Under the pieces are notes generated by a model that was given only the letters and a program-made list of their open reading frames with translations, searched no databases and was not told the origin of the DNA. A stretch of 40,062 nt of DNA from Catajapyx aquilonaris (lineage: Eukaryota). The position numbers were made by a program, and so were the translations under genes. The stretch lies in contig KZ538922.1 in NCBI GenBank assembly GCA_000934665.2, forward strand, positions 1 to 40,062. Direction: 5' to 3'. This document shows, piece by piece, positions 39,531-40,062 of the stretch. The number at the start of each line of letters is the position of its first letter. Within the stretch, counting starts at the first letter, position 1.

Positions 39531-40062
39531 ACCATATCCTCCTGAGACCTGAGAAGAATTTTTTAACGCAATGTCAGTTCCTATTGCATTTTCTGAACAT
39601 GTTCCCAATAAGAAACGAGAAAGAAATTTTAGTTTTAAAATATCAACAAAATTGGCGACAAACAACCAATGAGAACATTAGGACCCAATTGGTGCTACAA
39701 AAGCAGAACGGATGAAAGCTGAAAATTGAAATACCACTTAATGGATCACTCACATAGTGCTCTATCCTCCAAACATTGTTTTTAAAATTTATTTGTTGTA
39801 TTCGTGGTAGCAATTCCTCTCAGAAGACAATTAAAGATAAATGAAATTATTTTTTAACGCCACCACTCCAGGGATGGGGCTTGCTCCTTCCCTTCTTACC
39901 CGCTAGCAGCCCACGGACACTTATACTACGTTCTGGCGTTATCAGCTGCCGAGGGATTACGCACTGGGTGCCCACTTGAGATCGCTACGAGACATTTCCC
40001 AAGGCTATCATGTGGCGACCCTACCGGACTAAGGCTGAACTTTACAGGTACGAAGGGGAGGG

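Noticed and set aside
39847..40062. Possible retroposon 3' end on the minus strand
   Set aside because: CpG-rich with a short A tail, but cut by the window edge; no TSD or motif can be verified.

Overview
Eukaryotic genomic DNA from an arthropod, most likely an insect. The window holds most of one + strand multi-exon gene, the tau-tubulin kinase (CK1 superfamily) orthologue of Drosophila Asator. Seven coding exons join in frame with GT-AG boundaries: 10285-10341, 12536-12683, 14568-14782, 23779-24168, 27901-28389, 33238-34170 and 35616-~36327, about 980 aa. The gene probably continues past the last exon seen and may have further 5' exons. The introns are packed with non-autonomous transposons: palindromic Tc1/mariner-type MITEs (TA TSD), PIF/Harbinger-type MITEs (3-bp TSD), piggyBac-like elements, tRNA-headed SINEs, short retroposons sharing a structured 3' tail, an RTE-type LINE remnant and transposase fragments, often nested. 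There are no prokaryotic features, CRISPR arrays, rRNA or intact tRNA genes, and I found no clearly novel autonomous system. The best leads are: (i) a frame-preserving candidate cassette exon carrying a PP1-docking-like motif; (ii) one copy of the same palindromic MITE in each of three consecutive introns around symmetric exons; (iii) a modular retroposon 3' stem-loop with compensatory changes; (iv) a sharp CpG-rich to CpG-poor switch inside the gene; (v) a DRE-containing candidate internal promoter.
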